Shown one piece after another: positions 13,001 through 27,200 of a stretch of 64,000 bases of DNA. The DNA comes from Tubiluchus corallicola (taxonomy: Eukaryota > Animalia > Priapulida). The stretch is taken from contig JAQGDQ010000163.1 in NCBI GenBank assembly GCA_030141605.1, positions 186,001 through 250,000 of the forward strand. The letters run 5' to 3'. Below the pieces are notes generated by a model. That model was given only the letters and a program-made list of their open reading frames with translations. It ran no database searches and was not told the origin of the DNA. Numbering within the stretch: position 1 is the stretch's first letter; each line of letters opens with the position of its first letter. The position numbers were made by a program, and so were the translations under genes.

Positions 13001-15691
13001 AATTAAAAGCATTAAATGAAGTGTAGGTGGTGTGTTCTTTTAAAACGAGGTGAAATTTTGTTTATACTTACTTTGCAATGTTAATTCTAAAACTGCACCC
13101 ACCATTGATCGGGCATTCCAACCGTTTCCAGCACCACCCACTTCTTGAACCTTGATGTGTCGCTTTTGCAAAAAATGAGCAGAAAGGGGCCTTTTGGAGG
13201 CTTTTCGCCCCCTTTTCTTCCCGGTGGCCCCGATTCGAAAAATAAACCATCAATGAGATGGCAGTAGATCGAGACCTTTCGTTTGATATACTGATTGCCG
13301 AAAATGGCGCACTCGTCATAGCTGTAGCCTTGAATCTTAATATATATATATGTATATATTAAGTCCATTCCACTGAAATTAAATATAATTCTTTCAAGTT
13401 TTTTTTAGAAAACAGGGATAGTTTAATCATTTGGTGAATATTTCAAAAATGTTACTTTCTATTATTTCTGGATCTCTTATTGTTTTTAACTGTTATTGTT
13501 TCAGGGTAAGTTCTGCATCCTGGTATTTTCTGAACGTGTTTGGTTTACGGAGCATGTACACTCTTATACTTGGAGCTGACAATGGTAAGTTTTGTGCAGC
13601 TACAATTGCCCATGTGCTAACTGGTGGCTGTTTAAGCAAATGTTTTGAAATTAACTAAAGCTGTGATTGGAAAGTATACCTAATCACATGTATTTGTGAT
13701 TGTACTTGCTCATTTTAGTGAAGCTTCAGTTATGTAGAGAAGATATGCAGATGCAGATGCAGACAAAAAGATGATCAGTTGACATACTTTAGTACAAATG
13801 TTGTTTTTTTTTGTTTACTTGTGTCTCATGAGTCATAAATATCAACACATACGCCTTGTAATTTGTTCGTGCGTCGTTAATTTGCTTAGTGATGGAGTCA
13901 TAAAGGAAATAGCTAATAGGTTTTATTCTAACACAGTTTGAAGTTTGATAGCATAGCTAATAGGTTTTGTTCTGACAGGGCTTGAAGTTTGACAGCATAG
14001 CTAACAGGTTTTGTTCTTCGTTTGCAGCTGCAGATCAGATGAGAGGAGTGCAAGATCAGATGTCTGGGGCAGCAATGGCCATGCCGCCTGATCCAAAACA
14101 AGCTTTTAAAGTATGAACTTGTTTCTTGTTTTAATAATTCAAAATTACTGTATAATTTTTGTACATCCTTTTAGTTTTTCAATGTCTTTTTCTCAGATTA
14201 AAAAAATTTACTTCATTATTACCTTTTGCCTTTCTTGGGTTCACAAAAATTGATTGCCATGATGAAAAAATTACGGTCTAGCAAAATTTCCTGCTTCGAG
14301 ATTCGACAGAAGACTAATTCTAAAGTTATTTTCTGTGCTGCTTAAAATTCGAAAACTATTCAAAATAAATTTAAAAAGTAAGATTAATGCGTGCTGGAAA
14401 CGTTTGCAAATTTTACTAAGCAGGCTTGTTGCAATAATCTGGAGACACATAAATTATGCTAGTAACAAAGTTGCCAAATGACTCGTTGTAGAAGTATGTT
14501 GCATAATACTAGTAGTGGTAATCTATTCCTGCACGTGTGTTGGAGATCAACAAGCAAAGTACTGCCTGCTTTTGTCGCCTCTTATTATTAATTCAGCAAG
14601 TGTTCATTAAGCACCGGGTTGGTGATTGGATATCAAAGTTAGTAATTATAAATACAAATGTTGATGGTGAATCGTCATCATTCAACCTGGAAACAGTGTT
14701 ATGTTGATCCACACAGTTAGTTCCGTGTTAGACAATTTAGTTGCTCAGCCAGTAGGGATCTATCAAAAAGGAAATTTAAATTGAATTGAATTTTTGACTT
14801 TCGAACTCGAATCAAGCTGAATTTCAAGATTTCGAATCCGATTTCAGTTTTAAAGATTTCAATAAATTTTCAAATCGTCAATAAAAGGCAGTCTCACAAG
14901 CATCATGCATAATACTTGATTTTGTTTTGCAGTAAAAAACACTAATATTTGTTTAAAAATTGTGCATTGAAATCACAGCAAAATTGTGCTGACTGCATGC
15001 TGTTTCAAATGTTTTAGTGATAAAGAACATATGTAGTTTTTATGGTGAAAAGTCCATGATTTTAAGTTCAAATTGAATTCAACTTAAAAAACTCCTTCAA
15101 ATCGAATTCAATTTGAAGATAATGCGTAATGCACAGTCTACATTATTCGCTTGGAACAGTACGTTGCCAGAGTACGAATGCTTCACAAATTAGGCTTAAA
15201 AGCTCAAAATCTAAAATTTGCACTTTTTTCTGATATATTTTTCCTTTCTGTTCAATTTGAAAGCAAAAAAATTTCTACAACATCCGCTTAATATGCCTGT
15301 TTTTCATTTCTTTCTTCTCTTACTTACGTGAAAAGTGCATTCTGTTTTGTTTTCAGTTTTTACGGATCTTCTCAATATCTGAAAGAACGAAAAAATTGAA
15401 AATTGAAAAAACACAAGATACTATGGAAAATCTTGTTTTTTCCAATTTCTGATTTTTCCACTGTGAATAAAAGAAATTGTGAGTACATGATCCACGAATA
15501 ATTTCGAGCAGCTGTAGGCATTTAATATACAATCATGCTAAACGAATTATATATGTGAAAATTTTCAGGCAGAATGGGAGGCATTAGAAATTGTTGACCA
15601 CAACTGGGCACTCCGCAACATTGAAGATCATCTCATTTCATCTAGTCATGCCAAGCCAGATACACTCAGCTCAAAAGCCAAACTTGAATAA
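10010..15691 (+). CDS. EMC3: ER membrane protein complex subunit 3 (TMEM111), 7 exons, 257 aa
   Basis: Exons 10010-10158, 11359-11510, 12176-12280, 12761-12842, 13505-13584, 14028-14110, 15569-15691 (774 nt, phase-consistent). Motifs [96 protein letters not shown]. Confidence 0.96.
10315..10570 (+). mobile_element. Degraded non-LTR (CR1/L2-like) reverse transcriptase fragment in EMC3 intron 1
   Basis: ITCGVPQGS...[13 protein letters not shown] readable across a small deletion. Confidence 0.7.
13085..13360. repeat. GC-richer intronic insertion ending in a TA microsatellite; probable non-autonomous TE fragment
   Basis: Abrupt composition change within AT-rich EMC3 intron 4, bounded by (TA)n at ~13340-13358; family not recognised. 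Confidence 0.3.
13908..14017 (+). repeat. ~44-bp tandem repeat (about 2.5 copies) just upstream of the EMC3 exon 6 acceptor
   Basis: atagctaataggttttattctaacacagtttgaagtttgatagc repeated with substitutions. Confidence 0.75.
14780..15115 (+). repeat. Dispersed repeat (MITE-like), EMC3 intron 6
   Basis: Aligns by eye with the reverse complement of 19215-19545. Confidence 0.65.
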
Positions 15692-18279
15692 TAAAAGGAA
15701 TTGAATGTAACTTCTCTGAACCATTGTACAGTATTTTTGTGTACGTCCAGCACTCACTGGGGTAGTTATTTGTGGGCCAGCACCTTTTTTATTACCAAGA
15801 ATAGCCTTCTAAGATGAGATAGTGAAAAGACAGAGATATCATAGTCATATTCGAATTCCCATGTAACATGCCCCATTAAGAGTAATAAACAGTGGTGATG
15901 TGTCATAAAACCATTTAGGCTTAGTATTGTTAACGCCAGTACATAAGCACACACTGTGACCATTTAGAATTTTTCTCAAACAGCTGAAGATATGCCTAAT
16001 GAAGAGAGTTATTGGTTTTGTTAGTTGTAATGAGGAATTGTTATATCATTGATTTTACATTGAAGGTATTATTATTATGAGTTTATTTCACATAAAATTA
16101 TACAGCTTACAGACAACAGGATGTTAGTAAAATAGATAATGGGATGTTAGTAAAAATTTACAGAAGTTCAAATTTGTAATATCCACACACAAATGTAGTT
16201 TTGTTGGAGTTTTATTGTCTATAAATTTTCACATGATAAGAAAGGCAGGTAAGCTAAAAAAAGAAATCAATTTTTATTAAAACGAAATTTTCATTCGAAG
16301 TAGTTCTTTTTTGTTGTACATTCTGCTAGTGTTTGATTCAACTGTAGTTATTCGTCTTGAAATGCAAGATTTGGAATTAAAGCATATCAACTGTGATATA
16401 AGTGTTTGAATTGACTGTAACTGCTTTAGCAAATATGGCTTGAATGTTTCACATGGTTGCTCTGTTGTATTGAATGTAAATATCTCACGACAAGTTTTAG
16501 GCATGGAATATTTTTAGGAGCAGAAGTGATCCTTTTTTGAAAGTGAAATGCTTGCTAAAAGGAAGTAATGCTGTAAACTCCTTCCAGTATGACTGGCGTT
16601 TAGTTTAATAAGTACTTCTTTATGTTTGTAATTTCAAAAAGTACATATATGTATAGTTATTCATTTGCAGTTACTACAGTTTGTATACATCTGCACTATT
16701 TTGCTATACATTTTCCCAACTGCAAATCTGTTTTCCCAAAAAACTGGTGTTCTGAATTTAGTGTGGTATCTTAGACTTTCAGGATTAATGTAACAGTAAA
16801 CAGGTAACATTATTATCTTTACGAGTTAAGCGTAGACCCTGTACAATTGCGTTTTCACGTGGAAGAAACTTTTATCTGCTCCGAAACTGTCCTGTAATCA
16901 TTTCTTGAGATACTATTAGGAGCTACATGTGTTAGAAATTTATGAGAAATTGACAATGCTAGTGCAATTTTACTCTTGTTTATTTAGTAGAAAAGTTTGT
17001 TTAATAAACATATGATTGAATAACATTTGGAAACTTTGTAATGAAAAATACACAGAAAATCAAATTCAGAAAAACGTTTATTGATTATTTTTCTGATACG
17101 TAACAACCAATTACACTAAGCTCTTTCTCGCAAGACAGTTGCACGAAGTTACCGCATGATATCAAATATTAGTACGACAAATTACTACAACAAAGTCTTC
17201 ATAAAAACTTGTACATAACTTCATATTTCATATTATGAATAAAACTTAATAGAAAAACATACAAAATATAACCATAAAAATACTTATAAAATAATGGACA
17301 AATTTGATCAACAATAATTATCTGACAATGAAAATTATAATTATCACGCAGTGACTGTGCGATACATGATATCAGTTTGAACTGTTATACACACGAAACC
17401 CATAAATATATTAAAAAAATTAAGTCTAATCGTTGAATATTAAGCAACGAGGTTTTTGTTCACTATTGCAGGTTTTACACCTTAATGCAACTTTCTGGAT
17501 ATTCATAAAATTAACCAGACAAAAAGGACAAAATTTTACAAATCTTTATACGAATAAATCGGTAAAATATCAAATTACTTTTTTCATGATTTTACAAAGC
17601 ACCATGCTTTGCACTGCATATTATCAAAATTTACCTTTTTTATAAGTTGTGCAACCGAGATGAAGAAAAGTAATAAAAATTCTTCCGCAGCTCATTTAGA
17701 ACCGAGTTTACAGATGTGATAATGTCCTAGTATAATTTTCTGTAAATATATTTGTCTGGCAATAATTGTATAAAAAATACATGGTGAAATTAATTGTTTA
17801 GTATCCAAAACAAAAGATAAATAATTTTGTAAATGAAAATAATAACAATTATCATACATACATTAGCAACAGAGCCACATATTATGTTAGGTCACCTATG
17901 AATAGAAATTTGTCTAGTCTCACAGCGGTTGACAATTGAATTTAAAAGTTTGTGAAAAGCTTTTGATTCTCCTTTGCAGTGTCAGACTGGCGGTATTAGC
18001 ATCCATGACAAAAGACCAAAAATTTAATAATGCGCTGTAAGTATCACGATTCGTGTGAAACGCAGCATCACTTGTTTTCACAGCATCCCACTTCGATAGT
18101 CAAGTTGCAAAAAAACTTGAAAGTTTGTTTAGAGCAGTAGAGCTACAAAGAAGACTAGAAGACACTGGGAGACTAGTTTTTAAGACACTGGGAGATTGGT
18201 TTTTAATCAATTAATGGTCAATCAGTCAAACAAAATATATACCATTCTCCACAGGAAGACAACGACAATTACAAGAAGT

Positions 18280-21200
18280 TTATTCATGTTGTTCTAGAGA
18301 CTTGAGCACGCAGTTTGGACAACACAGTGGCACGAATTTTGGAGCTTTATACAAACTGACCAACAGTTGACCGGTTTGTAGAGGTATATTTCCTAAACTC
18401 TTGACCCGTGTCTCAAAATCGGGAAGAATCACATGCGAGAATTTCTCCTGCGTGAAATGATGGCCGCAGGAAAAAAGCACAGCAAAGTTATTAACAGCTT
18501 CGCCATCGCCATCTTGACGAAGACTGTCCAACTCTGTTGATGACAGCTCCACGTGGGGTGGGGTAATGCTGACTGTTGCACCCAAACTTGTTAGGACCTC
18601 TTTCCAGAGGCGATCTAATGTAACAGTAGAGGAAACTTCCCCTGCTCCATTTTCCAGCTGGTTTTTGTCGTTGACAAGGCGACCGTCACTTTGACCAAGG
18701 ATAATTTTGACGCTAGAGGCAGAGAGATTGCCGTCTTGGATCATCTCTGCCACCATAGAAGTGACGGTGATACAGAAGTGTGTGGAGAATCTCTCATCCA
18801 GTTTTACATGTTCACCAGTCACCAAATGCAATCCACTGAAATAAAAGAGACACGTGAACTACAGAAAGTCAACTAGATGCAGAACTGCAGGTGCAGCGAA
18901 TGCTTTTAAATAAACAATGTTATTTTGTAAGTGAATAATTGACGACAAAACTTATCTATGAATAACAAACTCGATCAAAATATTTATTTGACAATAATAT
19001 TTACAGTGACAAGCTAAATTACTAACATTATTTAAAAAGACTCAGCTTTTAGTTTAAAGGTGCCGAGGTCGACAGAAAGGTGAGCTGTACAATAAGAGAA
19101 AACTTCCTTTAAGATGTTAAAAGTGATTTGCAAAATTTTTATGACTAGGTTGGTCTTCAGTTGGGTCTCATTCTACACAAATCTATGTACCATTTCTAAG
19201 GGAGAACATTGAATGCTCGAATACATTCGAAAGAGCTTTTCAATTCAAATTTGATTCAAACCTAAAATTCAGGATTCGAATAATCACCGCTTTAACTATA
19301 TGTTCATTATCATAAAAACGTTTGAAACAGCATGCCATCAGTAGAGTTTAGCACGATTTTTGTGCATAACAAATGTAAAGCAAATTATTGGTGTTTTTCC
19401 TGCAGAGCAAAGTCAAACAATGTGCATGATCTTTGGAAGACTGCACTTTACTTATGATTCGAAAATTTTTAAGAGTGAATTCGAATCGAAATCTTGAAAT
19501 TCGGATTAATTCCAGTTCAAATGTCAAAAATTACATTCAATTCTGACAGACAATGCTGAACCGTAGCCATTTCTTGCCATGCCAAGCCGTCAGCACGATA
19601 AAGGTTTCCCCTATTGTGCAGCCATAATTTTACCATAATTTTTGCCAAAACTCAAAGTAAAGTGAATTTCTTTTTTCCAACAATTTGCATTGCTGCATTT
19701 GGAGAATTAGTGCTGACAAGTTTACGTGTCTAGAGCACTGAATTTTTTTGTTATCATAACTGCTTTAACAACATGTTCAGCATCAGCAAACATGTGTGCC
19801 TTTCTATAGTACAATACTTCAACAATAATTAAAACTTCTATTTATGAAGATAAATCCATAAACAGTTGATCACAAAACAGATTTGGGATGTAGATAACAA
19901 AATTTTCGAAAATTGTAGTCTGCAGCTCTCGTACCTGATAATAAACATTGCTAACTGTGGAGCTAGTGCCTCCAGGTGAGTCTCCAGTAATTCTTCTAAA
20001 TTAGCAAAATTCAACTCGTGTGTTACCCAAAATGTCAGCGTGACTTCGATCAATCTTGTCCAATCAGGATTGATCAGATCTCCCCGTAGTTCAGCAATGT
20101 CACACTCTCTGTAAGAAATTAAAACTAAAGTTACAACAGCTTGAACTAAAATTATGTAATTATCTACATGTAAGTAAAATGTGTGTAACTATGATATGCT
20201 ATTAAAGTAAAATAAATAAATTTAACCTGAAAGTAAATGTTGTTTTTTACCACACTTGAGATTGAAAACTAATTCCATTCATGAAACCTATGATACTGGA
20301 AGAATTTTGTTGAGAAACACAGCTTGATTTAAAAAAATCTGACTTCAAACAACTGCGAAGTAACTTACTGAATGTAATGATGAACTATAGAACATGCTGT
20401 ATCATTGAAATCTTCCTTCGTAACATCAGACACAACAGCCAAGCTTTTAAATCGGTAATACATAGCCTATAACACAACAAACAGAAGTCATTATTAACAA
20501 CAGTTAATTTCAGCAGTAAATATGAGCAAATTTATATATATATATATATAACATTCATGCAGCATATAGCAAAACTGTTTATGATGACTATTGATATTGG
20601 AGCTCTGTGACGACCCCATAATTGAATCGGTCAAATGTTAATGAGTGCCTGATGAACAACGTTAAGCCATGGCACGATTGACTTGTGAATGGCAGGTGGT
20701 CACTTTCGTTTAACATTGATTTAATATATGGCAATATTTCATTTGCCATACTGATTCTGTCTGTTCACCTCATTGAGGGAGGACGCATACACATCTGAAT
20801 GTAGCTAATCCAGTGTTTTATCTTAGAGCATTATACGTGATAACGAATCAAGTTCCGGTCTAAGTGCATACAGCAACTTTGAAGTGGACCCTGCTATAGC
20901 AGAATCAAAATAGTATTACAAAGATCAATTCAAATTAGTATTTGAACAAAAGCTGTGATACAAACTTTACTATAATATCAGCTGTGTAATGTGGCAAAAA
21001 ACCAATCTAATTCTCATATGAATCCTGAGAAATAAAACCAAAAAACACCAATTTACATACAAAAAAATGCTTTCGATGCTGGATAGCTCGAATGGAGCTT
21101 AAGCTTATAAGTCGCTAAAAATCACTTACATTGGGATAACGTTGATGATACTCTGACACGTCAGCCATGCTATCCCAGAGTTCTTCATCTGTGCACCGTT

Positions 21201-24200
21201 GTAATATCCTGTCTGCATTGTACCAACCCCGCAAGCGCTTCAGAGTCTGTCGCACTAGTACGCCCCACTCCTCGCTCTCTGCCTCCTGGGGGAGGGGAGG
21301 GAGTTCAAGGTGAATCAGACCTCGGTCGTCAACCTATCAAATAACCACAAAAGCAGTTTAAATGTAGGATAATGCAAATAATGGCAAAGACAAAACTATT
21401 GCTACAAAAACATTGTTCTGGGTAAGATTTAAATATTTTACACAAATAGCATGTTAGTATAAACAGAATTAAAAGTGAACTAATGTATGTTATGCACTAC
21501 AACAGTGATTTCCCAAGCTGGAACTTTGACCTAGTGAATATATAACCGTTCAAATTCCAGATTTAAGCCTATATCTATTTTAAATGCAAAAATGCTGTAT
21601 AAAAGTACCACTAAGTAAGATGAAACAAATGGCATCATCTTTCAAAGTTGTATTTTTATTTCTACATCTAGTATTATTGCACTTGACCAATGGTATTTAG
21701 ATATTGCTTTAGAGCAGTGGTTCTTAACCTGGGTTCGATCGAACTCTAGGGGTTCGGTGAGTCGATCTCAGGAGTTCGGCAGAGCCTCCGCCGCGAAGGT
21801 CCTGCAACAGCAGAAGTCACACTGATTTGCAGGTATGTAATTTGTTGTGAGTTTATGCATTGTGTTGGTTTTGTTCTTTGAACAAGGTGATGTTCATGCA
21901 CGGCTCATTTTGTGTACCAGTAAAAAACATATCTATGTCTTGAATTTGAAAAAAATCATATTTTATTTTTCACTAAAGAGGGGTTCGGTGAATGCGCATA
22001 TGAAACTGGTGGGGTTCGGTACCTCCAACAGGGTTAAGAACCACTGCTTTAGAGTGAACTTTGCACATACAAGTTAAGCTAACTTAACTTGCAAATTGAA
22101 AAGCTAAAGAAAAATAACTTTTCTTAAGGTAGACATCATGTTTATGCTGATCAGCACCAATGTGAAGCAAAGAACGTGAAACATATTTGCTTCAAATACA
22201 TACTGGAGACGCAAGAGGTATTGCAGGTATATCGGCAACTGGCTGAGGTCGCAGGACACCGAGTCGAATATTGATTGCACGAGACGGGATGGCTAAAGTG
22301 CGCTTGCTCGTCTTGATCATCATTCCCTGGCCACCAGAGTGTGCTCTGATCAGTGCTTGTGCCTCAACCCCGGGAGAGTGACCAACCTCTCCATTCTCGT
22401 TTTTACCCCATGCGTATACCCTCCCATCACGGTCGATCGCAACACTGAAGTCATTGCCACAGGCAACATAACCAATTTTCTTGTCAAATAGGCATAGCAC
22501 TCGACTAGGAACAAACTGAAATGGGCAAAATATTCTGTAAACAACATGGCAGAATAATCATATCGGAAATCTTCTGACAAAAAGTATGAAAGGGCAACAC
22601 TAATGCAATGTTACATAATGGAATCTTTAAAACTTGGTAAGCTTAAAAATATATTATTTGCCAATTAGTTTAGCTATACTATTAAGAGCTTCTAAACACA
22701 TTTATTCTGTCTTGGAAAAGTAGTCATTGCATAGCATAATGATAAAAATTGCCAAAATGTGACCCAAAAAGTTGAAATTGTGATACCAGGGGCCTCCTGT
22801 CCCCAGTTCCCAGCTGTCCATCCATGTTTTTACCATAAGTGTACAATCCACCATCATCAGTCAAGATAGCTGTGTGAGTGTTCCCTGCTGATATCTGAAA
22901 ATTTTAAGAAATGGTTATTAGTGAGGCAGTAACGTTAACAATAAAAACAGATAAACTGAAAAATTTGAACTACGTTAACTGAGTACGTGATGTACAGCAA
23001 TGGCGAAACTCTTCTCTGGTTTCTTGTAATGTGAAAGAATTGGCAAATTCATTGCTGTGGGAGCTCCATGCAAGGGGCAGTATGGGCTCTTATTGAAGCA
23101 CAGCCACTTATTACTTTTTAATCCCTTTATTCCTTATGAAGGCCAGATATATTTGTAGCAGTACAGCTTATTCCAATGCATGCCAGATAAATCTGGAACT
23201 ATGTCATTCACTTATGCCCAGTGCTTGGAACCAAGCTGAAACCTATGAACAGCATGCTGCAGCTTGTACATTTCACCAGCTGATGACTCAACTGTCACTT
23301 AGTGCTCATACACCAGCATGAATCTGATTCATAAGTGTTACAGTGAAGTTTCACACAAGAGCTGAGATGAATGCAAATTTTTCATTGCATCGATTTACAG
23401 CCCAATAAAGATACTGCCTGTATCGATAAAGACAGGCACTGATTTTTTGCTTCCTCGGGCATTTATTCGAACTTGGCCTTAAAGTACGGATCCCAAACAA
23501 GTAAATATGTCTTCAGGGTACACACTAATTATACCAGCAATTTTATTTTTAATTTCAACTGACTGTTCAATTTAGCTTACTACAGATTCAATGCAGGTTG
23601 CCGACATTAACCAATGAAAGTGAACTGAGTTATTATGTAGAGCTGTATGGGGCAGCATATTTTGCTTAAGGGATATTACGATAATAAAACGTTTTTGTAG
23701 TGTGAGCCTGGAAGACAGTGTAATTTTTGCCATTCTCAAAATGATTGTACCACGTTTTTTTAAACTTACAAACATTTCCAGTATACTAAATTTTTGTAAT
23801 TTACTTTATGTCCAGGATACTAAAAAATACTGATATTGTGAAATGCTTACTTGTTTTACATGGCCAGTTATATTGTTCGTATTCATCAAAAGAGGTACCA
23901 TGTGAGAGTTGTCAAACGTTACAGAGATCCTCCTCTTTGCCTCTCTCTCTTCTTTCCTTTCTTTGCCGACTTCCTCATGCATTTCTTCTTCATCTTCGTG
24001 TTTGACCACTAAACTCGCAAGATCTGTCGGAGGAGATCCGACAAGGAAAGCGAACTCAGCATTAGGCTTAGGAGTAGGCAGCTCCTCTTCTGTCTCTGAA
24101 TGGTCATTGGTTCTGTAACTACCGGGAATTGATATGGGTGGACTAGCAGGAGAGGAGGCAACTTTAGTAGCAGTGCTATCAACTGTAGAAATGGACACAG

Positions 24201-27200
24201 GTGACATAACATCATTAACTTTATTGGCATCCATTATACTGTCCATATCCGTACGTTCAGTATCTACAAGACCAGGTTCAATTGCAGCACCTTTATTATT
24301 ATCAAAAATGCTATCTGTCACAACATCTAGCCTACTTTTATTGCTAAATTCCATGGTACTGTCTTTGTCTAAATCTAACTTAGCACCTTCAACTGCATCT
24401 GCTTTCTTTACAGTAAGCTCTTTCTCAGCATCAATACTTTTATCAGTCACACTGCCTTCAGGAGTAACGTCTATCCTGTCAGTATCAGTGCCAGTTATTT
24501 TAGCATTTGCAAGACTATTTACAATTGTTTCATCTAATGAAGTTTCCTGATTATCAATACCAGATGTCAGGACTTCGTTTAAACTACTGGCATCACCAAC
24601 AGATGGCTCTGGTGTCACGGGCACAGCAGCATGTTCAACGTTTTCGGTGTGTCGCGATTGAGGTAAACTGGAATACTTTGGTGGGCTTTGACTGTGGTAA
24701 GACGGAGCAGGTGAGGTCGAGTGCTGTCGTCCATTCCGCCTCATTGCAGTTGTACGTAGAGCAGCGGCCTGTGGACTGCAGCCCCATGTGTAGACTTTGC
24801 TCGTTGAATTGTTTAAAACAGCAACCTAAAAATAGATTTTAGAAGTAAGCTTAGTAGTTACACAAGTTTATCCTGCCCATGAATAGGTAAATGCTGGTCA
24901 TTTCATAAATGAGTCAGGACTATCACTACTTGAAGTGCACAGAGCACTGTTAGTTTTATTTCGCCACTACAGAAAATGACAACAAAAAATGTCAATTCTC
25001 ATTTATTTTTTTACGTAAATATGTTGGCTAAATCCTGGAGATGTCATCACATTGTATTACTAAACAATAAATTGTCATTGCATCACATCACTTATTAATA
25101 TATGTCTTTGGCACATGTATTTTAATATGTCCGTTATATATTTATAAAAATATGTCAGTTATAACCGTTGCCATAATTATTCTGTATATAACATGACCAT
25201 CCATTACATTGCTATAAATATGTGTTTACATCATGATAACATCATCACCATAGTCATCATTATCAAAATTACTGATAAATAACAACACCTGTCATACCAT
25301 ATGAAAATATCCGCTGACCAACATTGTGCAAGGCTCTGGAAGAGACACTGCCATCGGAAGAGACACTTTCATTGTGACCGATGGTCCGAGGCCTAACTGA
25401 CCGTAACCAGCACATCCAAAGGTATAGACTTCGCCCTGCAGGAAGCCAAAAACTATAACAGATTTGAGATTATGCTTCGTAAAGCAGTTTAAGAAATACC
25501 AGAAGGTGATAAAAATTTGGTCCATTTATCCTAAGAAAACAGTAACATAACAAAGTTTTTTAAATGTTAAAGCTTAAAACTGTAGGATGGCTGATTAGAA
25601 CACCCTTGCAGTTTTTCTCAACCTTTCTCCACAGTCAACTCATAATTTTACAACATAATTTCCAACATGAGGTTCTTCACAAGTGTGTGCTTCCACAGCA
25701 AAAACGTCTAGAAGACGGTAGTTAAGCTTTTGTAAATTATTCACATAACCTGTACCTCTATTTCAAAGTGGATCATTACCGGTTCAGTGTTCCATGTTGT
25801 TTCTAATCTCAGATAATCCACTCTGAAATTGAGGTTCAGGCTAGACAGTGAAAAATATAATCTTGAGAAAATCGCTGTTAAACTTTGCCATTGTTTTTGT
25901 CATGCTTCTACAAAAAAGGTTAGCAACTGTATGAATGGTGGTTGCTATGAAGCATATTGAAGTTGTGCTTAAATCCTGTAGATGGCTCTTCCAAATAAGA
26001 CCTGAGCTTGACAACAGAAAAAACCACAAGCAAAATAAACGCTTCCATGAGCTACTATTGGAGTTTGAAAATACGAGCTTTTGACAAACACAACACTAGT
26101 TTTTAGGCAAAGAAGTGGGTAAGGAGTTATAAAATTAAATGTTTAGTATTTTCTAAACAATTTACTGTCATCTTGATTCTAGAAGTAGAACATAAAAGTC
26201 CAACATATTTAGCATGTGTTTCTGTCAAAAACACAAAATTGATATTTGACCCAATTTTTGATGCATTCTACTTGAAGCATCACAACATAGCTTTAACTAT
26301 TTAACTTGTGGACGGTTTTGGTTCGCAAGTACACAAATAAGAAAACTAAATTAAAACTGAACTAAAATGTAATGAAAACCTTTTCAGTAAGTGCGGCAGA
26401 GTGCGCATATCCGGCACAAATTGCAACGATCACGTGACAATCTAATGCCCGCACTTTTGTGGGTAAATGATAATCCTCCGGTGAACCATGACCTAGCTGC
26501 CCGTGCACGCCCCAACCACAACTGTACACCCTGAATAAAGCAAAAATTAAACACAGTCAAGTACAGTAAAATATGCTTCAGCTTAACTACAGTGCTTGAA
26601 ATGTAGTTGTATACAAGTGTATAGCATATATATTTCCAGAATAATAACTGACAATCGACTGCATTCTTAAAACTCTCGTATCATTCTTTTCGTAAGAAAT
26701 TCTATAAGTTTGAACAAAATGAAAATCTGAACCATCATCTAAGAATCATGTAACACAGAATCTACAGACATACTAAAACTTATTTAACGTAATCAGTATC
26801 ACTCAAAATAAATTGCAAATTCACCTTTACTAATAAAATCTTTTTATACTAATGAGCATTTTAATAAATTTTAAAAATTGCATATCAGATTTAGCATATC
26901 TTGAATTTAGGAAATCTGTCTATATTACATTAAAAATTTTATTAGCTCGATAATATTAAACTGATTTAATTATTTAACTGTATTAGCACAAGTACCTGCC
27001 AGTATCGCTTAAAGTAAGAGTGTGATATTGTCCACATGCAATTGCCACAACATCCGAGTGATCTAGTGCATCAATATGTACTGGGTTTTCTTCCATATCT
27101 GTTGTACCCGTACCTAGCTGACCATAGCGGTTGTTGCCCCATGCATAAACCTGTAAATAAACTGAAATTTCAACTCAAATCAAGTTTGTTTACCAGATGC

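Noticed and set aside
23806-24744. Stand-alone 312-aa gene and the antisense ORFs over it
   Set aside because: It is an internal exon of the RCC1 gene; the + strand ORFs are shadows of low-complexity coding sequence.
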